Counted from the first letter of the stretch, positions 47,385 through 60,536 are shown. The stretch is DNA of 64,000 nucleotides from Hemiscyllium ocellatum (GCF_020745735.1 NC_083409.1:18992341-19056340), one strand, 5' to 3'. Translations and numbers: made by a program. Notes: generated by a model from the sequence alone, not told the origin.

Positions 47385-47790
47385 TAAACATTGACCAGAA
47401 TGCTGAGGTCTTCTGCATCCGTCTCATCTGAAGGACACCATCAGTAAAATAGTGCAGTACACCCTCAGTACTGTACAGGTCATTCTGCTATAATTTGCAT
47501 TTCGTTAACACAAATTTGCTATAACACGATCGACAAATTGGAGATACTCTTTCTAAAGCAAGAACTCTGAAAACGTGTGTTGGCTGTAACCTGATTACAT
47601 CGCGAAGACTTTAAGTGCTGTTTCTAAAATGTGATTTTCCGATATCATGGGGGTTGGACAGCAATGCAACCATTATGTTATAGAAGAACTACCTGGAGTG
47701 AAATGTCTGCCTGAGAGACCTGCTCAAATCTCTGGTGGGATTTGAACCCACAATCTGCTGTCTCAGGCTACACAACTGCTATCTGGTCAG
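47385..47790 (-). mobile_element. Deu-domain SINE remnant (interrupted by a MITE)
   Basis: CTCATCTGAAGGAC...GTGCAGTACACCCTCAGTACTG and GGGATTTGAACCCACAATC tRNA-like head; resembles Deu/AmnSINE-type sequence from recall. Confidence 0.5.
47476..47695. mobile_element. Tc1/pogo-like MITE
   Basis: TIRs CAGGTCATTCTGCTATAA / TTATAGAAGAACTACCTG; TA on the left side. Confidence 0.65.
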
Positions 47791-48093
47791 TGACGGACCT
47801 TTCCTGCTCTTAAAATAAGTGGCGTGGTTGTGATGAAATACCCTTTTGGTGTGGTGTGCACATTATATCATATTGCTCCCATTCTGATCCTCTTTATTTG
47901 TCTAAATCAATAGAGAACCAACTAATTTCCTGAATTATCAACCCTTCCACATATTCTCATGTCAATAAATTTTATTCATTGCCCTGAAGGCCTCAATTGA
48001 TAGAGAACAGCGAAAGACCAAGCAGATTATCAGACTTTATTGTTTAAAATATTAAATCTCTTTGATTTATAGGATATGTGATTAATCTACATG

Positions 48094-48252
48094 CAGAAGA
48101 GCCTCGATTATCTGCATTCGATTATCTGAATTTCGGATCATCCAAAGTAGATCGTAAGATCCCAATGCTTGGCTAAACTGTATTACCCAGCATTCAATTA
48201 TCCAAACAAAACACTCCTTACCCATGTCGCTCGGGTAATCGAGGTTCCTCTG
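48094..48252. mobile_element. Tigger/pogo-like MITE
   Basis: TIRs CAGAAGAGCCTCGATTATC / GGTAATCGAGGTTCCTCTG; TA on the right side. Confidence 0.7.
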
Positions 48253-49316
48253 TAAATTGTTCCATTGATTTAATGTTGTGCTTCCTTGTGAATCTACATT
48301 ATTACCTGAAAAGCACATGGCTGTTCTGGGTTGTGTTTAATTGTTTGCAGTGAACAGTACGTTCACAACAACATCAAGTGTCCCAAACTAATCGTCATCA
48401 AATTGATTTACCTTTCTCCCTCAGTTATTTTTTAAAAATTGGAACTATCATTAAACCTTCAGAGTAGTCACAGCATATAACCGTGTGTCAGCTCTTTTCC
48501 AGTTCCTGATGAGAAACATCTCTGCCATGACACAAGCCAACCTCTAACTTTACAGTCACTTTCAAATAAATGTTTGTTCGAACCATTCTTTGTTTCTGTA
48601 TCAAAGCCATTTGCTGTAACAGGCAATAATATTTGAAGAGCTCATTTATCCACCATTTTCCAAGGGTGGTTGGTGGAGGCTTTCCTTGGCTAATTCTCTT
48701 TATTTTCACCATATAAGGGAAGTTGACCTGCCAGACACAAATTGGGCATTTGTGTCTGAGCATAAGTTGGACTTTCTCTGCAGATTGCAGCTGCAGTAAC
48801 ATATCCCTATTGTGACCTTTTACCACCTGCTGTAGTTGCTTTATCAAACTCCCTGTTTGGTTATGTATATCTCATGTTCGGAAAAGATTTCTATGCTGTG
48901 GCTGTCTGTGACTATTGGACTCTTTGTGACACTCTGTGACAATCTATTTCTCTCTGTGACTCTCTGTGACTCTGTCTCAATCAGAATGACAAATGTTACA
49001 ATGTATTTATTGCACATTTCTGATAAATAATTTGTCTTGTGGAAAGGGAAGATGCATTTAACGTGAGGTGAACTGATAGAGTTGTGAAAAGAGGTCTGTA
49101 ATGTAAGAAAAAAATGTCAATCACGGTTTAATTTTACTAATGTCAGTAAATGACTATTAACCATTAATTTACAGAAATGGAACATTTACATTGTGAGAAG
49201 GAAGAGAGACGAGATAATGTAGGGACCAGGAAATGGGACTTGGCCAGATTAGCAGTTGTTTAATGAATGGTAGAGTCTCAGAAAAACAACCAAATATTTG
49301 CAGGGGCAAATATTTG

Positions 49317-51825
49317 GCCAAAGGACTGTTATAAAGAAAGAAATACTTACATCTAAATAGTGAGTTTTGTGGTTCTGGGGCATCTTAAAATAGCTCTCTG
49401 CCAATGAAGTACTTTTTGAATTTTGATCATTGGTTCAAGGGAGGTATTGTGATGTCATAGTTCCAATTGTTCTGCCATAATAGCCACTTGGTGATCATGA
49501 TAATCTGGATAATCAGATTCCCAGCAAAAACTTGGTTGAATATACAGCACAGACACCAAAAGAGCTGCTGGAAATCTGAAACAAAAACAGAAATTGCTAG
49601 AAAAGCTCAGCAGGTCTGGTAGCATCTTTGGACAGAAATCCGTGAACATTTCTGATTCAGTGACCTTTGTGGTTATGGGACATCTCAAAATGGCTCTCTG
49701 TGAATGAGGTATTTTTTGAATTCTGGTCATTGTTCCAAGGTAGGTATTATGATGCCATGGCTCAAATTGATATGGCAAAACAACCAGGGAACAAGGACTT
49801 GGGCTTCTGTTGATGGTTACTGACATTATTTGATTTTGGTTCTGGTGTATACACACACAGATGCTCCTAGTTTGAACCTACTACTTACTACTTGCACATT
49901 CTTCACTGAAGCTACATATCTCTCAAGACTGGAGAACATCCCACACTGGTGAGGGATTTGATGTTCGATGTTGGTATACCAAGCAGAATTCAATTGTTTA
50001 TACAAAATGTTGTACTTTATTATCATTAAATAATGTCTACTTAATTTTACTTTTTTTGACCAAATGTCGTAATGCAAATAAACATTGAAAATTCAAATCC
50101 AAAATAAATATTTGAGTTTCTGATTGCAAGCTTGTAATGTAATCTAAGCTGAATCTGAAAATCTGTGTTGTTGATTATCTTTGCTTTGCTTTTGTTTTAG
50201 GTGAGCTGACAAGTTGTGGAGTAGAACATCTAACAAGTCAGTCCTACTAAATCAGAGACTGATAAAGAGTCGAAGTACGAGACAAAGGTACAGTGGTGCT
50301 GATTTGCAAACTACTCCAGTTAGTTGTAGTGCCTTCAATCACTGTTGTGGTGACTATTGGGTCGAGTCATCAATACTGTGTGGCAGATTAGAGATCATTT
50401 GATCCTATCGCCAAAGGACCATTATAAAGAAAGAAATATTTACATTTAAATTTGTGGTTATGGGACATCTCAAAATGGCTCTCTGCCAATGAAGTATTTT
50501 TTTGAATTCTGGTCATTGTTACAAGGAAGGCATTATGATGTCGGGCTCTGATTGTTATGACATAATAACCAGTTGGTGTTAGTACTGGATAATCAGATCC
50601 CCAGCAAAACCTTGATTGAATATACAGCACAAAAACCAAAAAAACTGCTGGAAATCTGAAACAAAAAAAAATTGCTGGAAAGGCTCAGTAGGTCTGGCAG
50701 CATCTGTGGAGAGAAATCCTTTAACATTTCTGGTTCAGTGATCTTTGTTATTATGGGACAACACAAAATGGCTCTCTGCGAGTGAGGTATTTTTTGAATT
50801 CTGGTCATTGTTCCAAAGGAAGTATTATGATGTTGCGTGTTGTGGGTCCAATTGTTATGTAATAAAAGCCAGGAGAACACGGGCTTGGGCTTCTGTTGAT
50901 GCTTACTGACATTATTTGATTGTGGTTCTGGTGTATATACACACAGATGCTGTAGTTTGAACTTACTACTTAATTCTTTTACATTCCTCACTGAAGCCAA
51001 TTTATCGCTCAGGACTGGAGAACGTCTCACACTGGTGAAGGATTTGATTGTGCTGTAAGGCTCAACATTGGTATACAAACCAGATTTCAATTGTTTACAC
51101 AAAATGTTGTATTTCATTATCATTAAATAATGTCAACTTAATATTATTGTTTTTGACCAAATTGAAAATCCAAATCCAAAATAAGTATTCAAGTTTCTGA
51201 TTGCAAGCTTGTAATGAAATCTAATCTGAATCTGAAAATCTGTGTTGTTGATTATCTTTGCTTTGCTTTTGTTTTAGGTGAGCTGACAAGTTGTGAGTCA
51301 AACATCTAACAAGTCAGTCCTACTAAATCAGAGACTGATAAAGATTCAAAATACGAGGCAAGGTAGAGTGGTGCTGATTTGCAAACCATTCCAGTTAGTT
51401 GTAGTGCCTTCAATCACTGTTGTGGTGACTATTGGGTTGAGTCATCAATGTTGTGTGGCGGATTAGAGATCATTTGATCCTAAGGCCAATGGACTGTCAT
51501 AGAGAAAGAAATATTTACATTTAAATCAGGAGTTTTGTGGTTATGGGATATCTCAAAATGGCTCTCTGCCAATGAAGCATTTTTTGAATTCTGGTCATTG
51601 TTACAAGGAAGGTATTATGATGTCGGGCTCTGATTGTTATGACATAATAGCCAGTTGGTGTTAGTACTGGATAATCAGATCCCCAGCAAAACCTTGATTG
51701 AATATACAGCACAAAAACCAAAAGAACTGCTGGAAATCTGAAACAAAAAAAAATTGCTGGAAAGGGTCAGAAGGTCTGGCAGCATCTGTGGAGAGAAATC
51801 CGTAATCATTTCTGGTTCAGCGATC
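49317..51825 (+). repeat. Tandem ~1.08-kb repeat, 2.3 copies, with an internal ~300-bp-spaced subrepeat
   Basis: Unit starts GCCAA(A/T)GGAC at 49317, 50410 and 51485. Confidence 0.92.
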
Positions 51826-53023
51826 CTTCCTCTGAACACTGCAACAATAACTCTTATTTCTCTCCATGTTGTGAGGAAGAGTCACTGCACCTGAAATGTT
51901 AACTGATTTCTCTCTACAGATGCTGCCAGACCTACTAAGCCTTTCCCGCCATGTCTGTTTGAAGATACAGTAAATGTTTTATTAACTGTCACCAATGGGA
52001 CCAGGAGTGCTGGTTGATCAAATATTCCAGTGTCAAACAGACTGACATAATCAATGCTTAGTAATAGAAACCTAATGCAGGGGTATACACATCACTTTAT
52101 TTGTCGTATATCTCACTGAAGCAAGCATGCACATTTGCCTTAAATAAAACTTAATGGCAGAGTGCCTTCTCACTTGCAGCCTCAACTGACTACTCTGACA
52201 CCATGAAAATGCGGTGACCTTCGAGTATTTCAGGTGTATAATTTTTGTTGGTTTATTAAGAGCAACAGTTCATAAAGTGCCAGTTAAAATAACATTTGCT
52301 GTCCCATGATTGTTTTTGGCTGCCTGGTTGAATTACTAGCACATATTGCAGTTCACCATCTACATTGCACAATTCAGTAGTGTGATGGAATACTTTCAAC
52401 TTGCCTGGATGAGTGCAGATCTAGGAATACTGAAGAAGCTTGACACTATTTGGGACAGAACAGCTGAGGGCTAACACCACATGCACAAACCTGCACTTCC
52501 TCCACCTTCAACACTCAGCACCAATCTGTACCATTTGCTTAATACACTTACAGAAGCTCTCTAAGACTGACAGGGTGGCACCTTCCAAAACCATTCCAAA
52601 ACGTTAATTCCATGCTGTACATTTCTACACATTCTATCTTCTGCATCATCGCCCTGCTCGCTTATCACCCTCTTGTTACTTAATTTCATTCTCTGCCTTA
52701 ACCCAGTCCTTCAGTTTCAAAGTTCCTATGGACAGATTTGTTTGTGGCTCCCGTTTACTTTTCCAACTCTTTTCTGCCCTGCCCCCCTCCATATCTCAGG
52801 TCATTCTGTCTGCTGAACATTTTAGCTCCATACTTCCCAGTCTCACCCTGACATTTCCTGCTTCTTAGCTTCCAGTTTCCCTCAAAATATATGTTTGACA
52901 CCCTGCATGTTTTCTAGTTCCCCTTTGATTCCTGCCTGGGTCTATCCTAAGAGTTTTTACTGCAGGAAACATACTATTTTAACTTGCATTGTGTTTGATT
53001 CATTATTTTTCTTTCATCCCAAG

Positions 53024-53138
53024 TTGCGGCACATAGAAAACAGGCTTGAAGCTGTACCCACCACTACTGCAGTGACAGACACAGTGATGGATACTAAGAA
53101 AGCTTTGAGCAGTGCTACTCGAAAAATTAGCGGACTGG
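53024..53138 (+). CDS. CEP350: CEP350-like exon A
   Basis: cccaag|LRHIENRLEAVPTTTAVTDTVMDTKKALSSATRKISGL|gtaagt, vs recalled human LRHIENKLEVAPTSTAVCDSVMDTKKSSTSATRKISRK. Phase 0 to 1. Confidence 0.88.
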
Positions 53139-53665
53139 GTAAGTGGAAGGAATACAAAATGAATTGTTCATGGTAATTAGATCAACAGTTACTCTTGACC
53201 TCATGCTGGCCATTGTTAATCAGATAAAAGTAATAACCCTGGTGAAATTAAGTTAAGTGGTCGAGGGTCATGCACTGACATTTTGCAGTGTTTTGAAAGC
53301 ATTTGCAACAGAGACTGAGGCTATGGAATCTTTTCCTTCTCTCTAATTTATGGAGCTTCATTGGTAAGGCTTAGCAGGCAAAGTCAACCCTCCATTCCCT
53401 TCCTGAAGTGGTCATCTCCCGCCTCCATCTGTGTCAACACCTGTTGCCCTTTGCAGATTCCCCCCAAATGTCTGGTTTATCACTTTGTGCTGGTCCACAG
53501 AATTTGAGGAGGTGGGCGAGAAGAATTAACTTAGCATCTATCTCTTCTATATTCTGACAGCAACAGTTTAAGAGAAACTTGTGCTTACTAACCAATCCCA
53601 TTGATTGTGATAATGGAATGCATGCTCCTTTTATACTTCTTAAATTTTGTTTCTGTTTCTATCAG

Positions 53666-53837
53666 ATGGAAGGTATCTGGAGGATTCTGTAGCCAGTGCT
53701 ACATCTGTCAAGTCCAGTAGTCGCAGCAAATCACGGAAGGTCAACACCTCCCGCAGTCCCTTGCGATCTACCACCCTGGAAAGTAATATTATGAAGAGCA
53801 GTCGAGATGAATTCAGAGATCCATTAACTGCATATAG
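53666..53837 (+). CDS. CEP350: CEP350-like exon B
   Basis: atcag|(D)GRYLEDS...SRSPLRSTTLESNIMK...EFRDPLTAY(R)|gtatga, vs human DGRYLDDS...SRSPLRATTLESNV...EFREPLVSYR. Phase 1 to 2. Confidence 0.9.
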
Positions 53838-54344
53838 GTATGACCAGACGTATGTACCTTCTGTCGGTCACTTTCTGTTATCAATTCCTGAAGTTGTGCA
53901 TATATTAGAAACAACCAATACCTGCTTGACAGCTTATAGTTGCACTCTTCTGACACTCAAATCACAACAGAGTCAACAGTGGCAGGATAGATACATAGAG
54001 GATCCCAGGCTTCAGAATGCTTGTTCTTTCACACGTAATCTCATCCGAGGGTGTAATTTTAAAGATCTTGCACGCAAACATTTTCTGTGCTTATGACTTT
54101 TTACAGTGTGTTCCAACTTGTGTACAAATTGACTTGCAGACGCACTCTAGAACAGAAACCATTTGTAAACTGGGGTCTGCCAGTAACCTGAAACATGGGC
54201 ACAATTTCAAATATGGAATAATAATAATAAAACGTGGTTACAAGAATCCTTTGCCGTGTAGCCCACCTTAGTTGATTCTATTTGTTTTTTATTCAATGCT
54301 CACTGCTCTGTGAAACCAACTATTAATGGAGATACGTTAGTGAA

Positions 54345-54740
54345 GCTCAGTCTTGTGCAGTATTTAGATCATCATCAGTTCATCAGAGCCATTAAGCTTT
54401 TATAAATTGGGACTGGAGTACAAACATGAATGATGTTAAACCATCACAAATTACTGGTTAAGCTACAGTTAGAATGTTGTCCCCAGTATTGGGAACCCTA
54501 ATTCAGGAAGGACTTCAAGGCTGTGCACAGGAACCAGAAAGTGTTAACTTGACATTCGCTGATTATAGTAATCAAGAGAGATTCGATAAGTTGCTGATCA
54601 TTTTGATTGAATAGTGGTTCAGAGGAGACCTCAAACCTGGTCAGGATGTTGGAAGAACTGCTTCTTCTGGTGGAAGAGACAGTAAGTAGATGGAAAATAC
54701 AAGGTGAAGTTATGGAAGTCACCAAATTAATAAAGTAACA
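54345..54740 (+). mobile_element. CR1 3' fragment
   Basis: CTGGTTAAGCTACAGTTAGAATGTTGTCCCCAGTATTGG RT C-terminal motif. Confidence 0.65.
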
Positions 54741-54852
54741 GACTGTCATCGGTATCACGTTTCATTTCAAGGGGAGGCGATGGGCGAGTGGTATTAGTGC
54801 CACGTAAATAATCCAGATACTCAGTACATTTTAGTAAGCCTACACTGGATAG

Positions 54853-55024
54853 GTCAGGCAGCATCAAAGGAGCAGGAGAATTGACGTTTCCAGCATTAGC
54901 CCTTCTTCAGATTTATGCCCGAAACGTCAATTCTCCTGCTCCTTTGATGCTGCCTGACCTGCTGTGCTTTTCCAGCAACACATTTTGCAGCTCTGATCTC
55001 CAGCATCTGCAGTCCTCACTTTCT
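54853..55024. mobile_element. Fold-back Neptune-type PLE end
   Basis: Perfect 40-bp inverted arms at 54851-54890 and 54921-54960; TSD CCT(A/G)CACTGGATAG at 54839-54852 and 55025-55038. Confidence 0.9.
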
Positions 55025-55542
55025 CCTGCACTGGATAGTCCAACATATGTTGAGCTGGGGTGAATTCTCCTTGCTGCTCATAGAAATTGGGTTCTTGGCA
55101 TTTTTTGGACTTCATCAAGGGGAAATTGTCATCAGTGAGCATTTGCTTTATGTAGTGTATGTGATTTTGGAAATCTCTTTAGCTCTTGTATAATTGTGTG
55201 CTGTCTGCTGATGTGCATGTGATGTCGTTGTCCTTTATTTTTCCTCTGGCATCCCAGAGAGCTACCAGCCATACGGTGGCTAGTGTGATGGTAGTCACTG
55301 ATGAATCCTCTTGATGACTCAAATGGACTGGTAAACCCAAAGGACCTTTTAGGCCTTGGCGAGTATGTTGCGAAGCTGTTGTCTGGGTTGTCAGGTTTGG
55401 CAGGTTCATCAGCCTTTAGGCTGCTGTGTCCAGTCAGTACATTGTTATTTAAATTTAAGAGTGGGAATGGTATTGTAGAAGATTGACTTTTGGGAATAGT
55501 AGAGGGAACATGGGCCCATCCAGTAAGGATGGCTGTTTATCC

Positions 55543-55630
55543 TCATGAAGGGCTTGTGCCGGAATCATGGAGTGTCCTCTTTGGATGCTGCCTGACATGC
55601 TGTGCTTTTCCAGTGCCACACTTTTTGACT
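55543..55630 (+). mobile_element. 88-bp PLE 3'-end insertion starting at the hammerhead
   Basis: TCATGAAGGGCTTGTGCCGGAA...; 10-bp TSD CTGTTTATCC at 55533-55542 and 55631-55640. Confidence 0.8.
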
Positions 55631-55791
55631 CTGTTTATCCCTAATGCCAACTAAATCCTACAGATTGTTTAAAGCAGAGCTTCAGCAAACAGATACTTGA
55701 TGGCATGAAATCTGCAGTGTTAAATGGTTTAAGTGATGTCTCATTTTGGCAGTTGTCAACATTTGTGATTGTGTAAATTTTGTGCTTTCAG

Positions 55792-56000
55792 TGCTCACGG
55801 GAAGTCATCAAAGAAAAGCACAAGCTCTTCATTGTTCCATTCCACTGTGAGTTCCATGTCTCAGAGCCCTTTTCAGAATGACGCAGTGATAACATCCAGA
55901 GAGGGGACAAGGCAGCTGCGTGCTACTACCTCCACACCTTCACCTTCCCTAGTCGACATCAGTGTTACTGCAGCCAGGCCCTCCACATCCTCTGCTGCAG
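55792..56000 (+). CDS. CEP350: CEP350-like exon C (Ser/Thr-rich)
   Basis: tttcag|(S)AHGKSSKKSTSSSL...ARPSTSSAA|gttgga. Phase 2 to 1 bridges exons B and D exactly. Weak sequence similarity and a weak donor. Confidence 0.65.
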
Positions 56001-56897
56001 GTTGGAACTCTCGGAATCATGTTTTCTGTAACTATCATTTGTTTGGCCTAACGTCCCCATTGGAGTAGTTTTTAAAAAAAATAAAACCCTGAGTAAGTAG
56101 ACAACCAAGGTGAAGTGACAGGCATAGTGATGATTGGAAGAAATGGTGAGGTGCCACGTGACGTGGAAGCAGGTGCTTTTCCATTCAAGTGGTCGGATCC
56201 TGTCTGAGGAACATTAAGCAGAAGTAGGCTATTCAGCCTGTTGAGCCAGCCCCTGTCATTCAGTACAATCATGGCTGATCAGTGCTTCAGTATCGTTTTA
56301 GCCACCCTGTTCCCATCACCCTGTACACTGTTGGAAATCAAATCCGTCAATTTTTGCATAAAACATAATTGATGACTATGCTTTCACAACTCTCTGTGGC
56401 AGTGAACTCCAAAAGATTCATGACCCTGAAGTAACAACAGAATTATCATCAGCTCAGACTTATGACATGGTCTCACTTATAAGTTGTCCCGCCAGTCCTA
56501 GACTCCCCAACGGGGGAAACATTACCTACATCTACCCTTTAAGTATTTTGTAGATTTCAATGAAATCAATTCAAAATGCTGGAGAATGCAGGTTCAGTTT
56601 TCCCAATCTCTCTCCATGAGAATGTCCAAAAACAAGTCTGGTGAACCTTTGTTGCATTCCTGATCATTCACCAGGACCCAAATACAATGATTGGGTTTGG
56701 ATTTTCTGCACGCTTTGCTATTTGTTTTATCCTGTGAATCTCATGAAAATTTCAATGTCTTGTCCCTTGTCACTTTTTACGCAGTTCCCGAACTTGTTTT
56801 GAATCCTGGAGAGGTGTGCAGTTAACCCTATGATCCCAATGCATTATTGAACTAACTGTAAAAGTTGGAATTACACTTTTCACTTTGGTTATTGCAG

Positions 56898-57061
56898 CCT
56901 CGATGCTCAGCTCCCCACCAAGTATCCAACACCACATGACTGCTCAACACACTTACTTGGATGCTATGGAAGAGTCCATCCGTCAGCTATCGGAGATAGA
57001 CATGACCCGGGGAATAGCCTTTGCTCAACAAGAGACTGTGTCGTTGGCTCAGATCCTAAAG
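56898..57061 (+). CDS. CEP350: CEP350-like exon D
   Basis: ttgcag|...HHMTAQHTYLDAMEESIRQLSEIDMTRGIAFAQQETVSLAQILK|gtacag, vs human HHRMAAELSYLNAIEESVRQLSDVERVRGISLAQQESVSLAQIIK. Confidence 0.9.
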
Positions 57062-57600
57062 GTACAGGTTTATGCCTTGTGGTCTTTCAGAAATGGTTTT
57101 GTGAAATTGTCTTAAGTGATAATGGCTGCGCTCGTTTTCCAAACCAGGCAACATTCTGAGCAACGTTCTTCAGTTAAATCAGGCAAAACAAAGATTATTC
57201 CAAAACTAGAGATTAAATTTACTTACCCTTGGGTTGTGATTTAGGACAATGCCTAATCTTAAATGTGCAGATATTAGCATCGAACCTGCGCATGACTGCA
57301 CTTTACAAGTTGACTGATAGAAGCAGGGCAAACTTGCCAAGTTTTCAAGAAATTTCAGCTTTCTAAAATTTGAGCCATTACGATGAGATTTATGAGAAAA
57401 TGTTTTTTTATTTATAAAGTTGCAATATTAAAATTAATTGATTAAAATCTTGTCATTTGTTACTCTTAAGATTTGATGCCTTTGCATTTCAATTGTTACT
57501 CTCTCTCTCTGGACACTGCAAATTTAAATACCAGTTTTTCACAGAGCAGAGCAGTGGAATGTAGAGTGATGGTTCCTATTTAATCTTTGTTTGTGTCCAG

Positions 57601-57711
57601 GCCCAACAGCTGAGCCATGAGCACGACATAGCCCTGCTGAAGCTGAAGGCCGAGCAGGAAGCTGCTGCAAGTCAGAGGCAGCTAGAGGAGGCCAGACAGA
57701 AAGCTGTACAG
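57601..57711 (+). CDS. CEP350: CEP350-like exon E
   Basis: gtccag|AQQLSHEHDIALLKLKAEQEAAASQRQLEEARQKAVQ|gtactt, vs human AQQQRHERDLALLKLKAEQEALESQRQLEETRNKAAQ. Confidence 0.92.
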
Positions 57712-60404
57712 GTACTTGAACATGTAACAGGTGTCTGGAAATGCAAACAATTCAGTGTTGACTGCTTCTCACCGTGCAATAAGAATAAACAAATTATAAT
57801 TATAAAGTGCCTTTAACATTGAAGCCAAACCTCTCCCCACCCCTGCCCTGTTCGGTTCCACCGGTAAACTGTCCCTCTCACCAAAAGCATATTATGAAGA
57901 TGTCATCATGAAAATCAATGACAGGCCCAGACCATGGGGACAGGAGAAGGTACAGTTTTAGAAGCAAAAACATAGTTTGCTGGTGACACTCAGCAGCATC
58001 TGTGGGAAGAAAGAAGAGTTAACATTTCGGAGATTCTTTAGAAAACCTGGACAGATTGTAAGACCTTAAGGAGTGAATTCTAAAGACTGAGACACACAAC
58101 TTGATGCAGGTTCCTGTGTTTTTACCTCTTGGAATTCTGTATCTTAAGAGTCAGAAAGCTTAATCAATATTATCGTTGCTATTGGTCTTAGTTACTTGTG
58201 CAAGTTTGCTCCTGTGATTTAATGCCTTAATGACAACTCGTGAATTTGCATTCTGTAATTCTGGTGATCTCGAGGTGGGCCATAAAGGCCGGCTTGCTAG
58301 CATAGTCCTCAACCCAAGAACAATTCAAAAAAAGGCTGCAGTCTATTTTAGTGTCTGATTGACAGTGGCTCCTTCAACTATTGACCATCCAGGCACTGAC
58401 ATTTGTTTACTGAACCTGAATGTGTCTCTGTCTTTCTTCAAGAAGCTCCTTAAAAACTATGTTTTATCTGAGCACTTCTTATGTGGCTACTTGTCATATT
58501 CTGTAATCATGTTCCTGTCAACATCCATGGGATGTTATAGTATAAAGGTGTGATACAAATGTCAGTTTATCTCATTGTGAATGCAGCTGCCTCTGAATGA
58601 AAACATTTTTGTTTCAAGCCCCATGCTTCGACTTGAATGTAAGCCGACCATACGCACTCAATCTAGAGCAGGACTGCTGCATTCTTAGAGATGACATCTT
58701 TCAGGCAAGACGTTAAAGCAAGTTCCCATCTTCTATTCCAGTGGATAGAGAAGATCCGTTTTAATACTTGAAGAAGTCTAAGGGAGTTCTCCTGTTATCC
58801 TGCTCAATATGAATTCCTCACTATTGTAGATGCTGTCTTTTTAGGAGCTTGTCAAAAGGCCCTTCTTGGAGAGCGTGACTATATTTTGAAAGAACTTCAT
58901 TGGCTGAGAAGAACTTTGCAAAGACCTGAAGATGTCAATGACACCGTGAAAACTTTAGCTTCTTTAAACGGCAGTTTTTGCTTCAGATTGTCCCCATCTG
59001 AGGAACACAGCACAGAACTGCCTCTGATGCCATATTTTCGATTTCTTTGGTAGAATCCACACACAGAGAGTAGAACCATGAGAATAAGGAGTATCCACTT
59101 GACCAATAAAGATCATGGCAATAAAAATAGACTGCAGCTTTTTTTGAATTGTTCTTCAGTTGAGGACTATGCTAGCAAGCAATGGCCTACCACGAGATCA
59201 CCAGAATTGTGGAATGCATATTCACAACTTGTCATTGGGATATAGGAACAAGAGTAGAACAATCAGCCTCTTCATTCTCTTATGCAACTGAGTTTAAATT
59301 TGTTTATGGCGAAAAGCCCTTTCGCTTTTCATCAGCCTTATCCCTCAAAACACATGCAAAATAAAAGTATCATCTCATCACAGCAATTTGCTGGAAAAAA
59401 AGCATTTAAAATAATAAAGTATCTCAAAATATTTCAAAAAAGCATCAAATGGAAAAGTTTATGCTAAGTCATGCAAGATATTCAAAATTTTGGTGAAGTT
59501 GGATTTTAAGGAGTGTTTAAAGGAGGAAATGGAGCTGAGAGATGAACAGGTCTAGGAAAGCATTATGATGGAATACTCCCCACTTACCTGGAGGAGTGCA
59601 GTTCTAGTGACACTCAGGAAGCTCAACATCATCCATTACAAAACATCAGCATGATTTGAATCATGTCCACCACCTTAAGTGCCTATTCCCTCTGTCATCA
59701 GTATACGGTACAACAAGGAGCACCATCTATAAGACGCTTTGCAATACCTCATTGAAGGCTTCTTTGACAGATCTAGACTCATGACCTATTCTGGCTGGAA
59801 GAACAGGGCGGTAAATGCCTGGGAATGCCGCATATAATTATGACTTTAAAATATATTGCTCTTCCTACAATGGTCTGACATACATTGGGAGTACCTTGCA
59901 GCCACATGGGTTGCCGTGGTTTAAGAAGACCACTAACTTTCACCTTTTAATGCCAGTTGTGGTTGGACAGTCAGTGTCAGGGATTTCTACATCCTGAGAA
60001 TGAATTAAATAATTAATTCTTGATTTTTCAGTTCTGAATGATCTGGTTTTTAGTTTTAAGGTTGAATACATCTCCCCATCATGGAAACAATCTCGCAATA
60101 CCATGACCAGGTTAAATAAAAAAAACCAAAGAACTGCAAATACTGGAAATCAAAAAAACAAAATCACACGATGACTAGGTTACTGTGCTTATATGTGACA
60201 TTGGAGGAGAGGGAAAGGCTTAAAAGCTTGATTGTAAAACAGAAGCCGTGTCAGTGAGCTTATGTTGCATGATGAAACATGTGAGCAGTGTGCTTCCTGG
60301 ATCATAAGTCAATTTCACATTGCATTTTAATAGTGCTCTGTCTTTTTTTTAAAGTATCTGAATTATCAATTGCTGGACGTGAAAACCTCTCTTTGTGTTC
60401 TCAG

Positions 60405-60536
60405 GCATGTGCAGAAAGTCTGCAGCAGTTTGTACAGGTTCGCCAAGAGATGCTGCAAGAGTCCACAACTAAAATGATCACTCAGCAGGTGGAACTTGCA
60501 AGGCTGATGGCTGATACAGCACGTCAGGTTACAGAG
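60405..60536 (+). CDS. CEP350: CEP350-like exon F
   Basis: tctcag|ACAESLQQFVQVRQEMLQESTTKMITQQVELARLMADTARQVTE|gtactt, vs human VHAESLQQVV...ARLTTDAARQICE. Confidence 0.88.
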
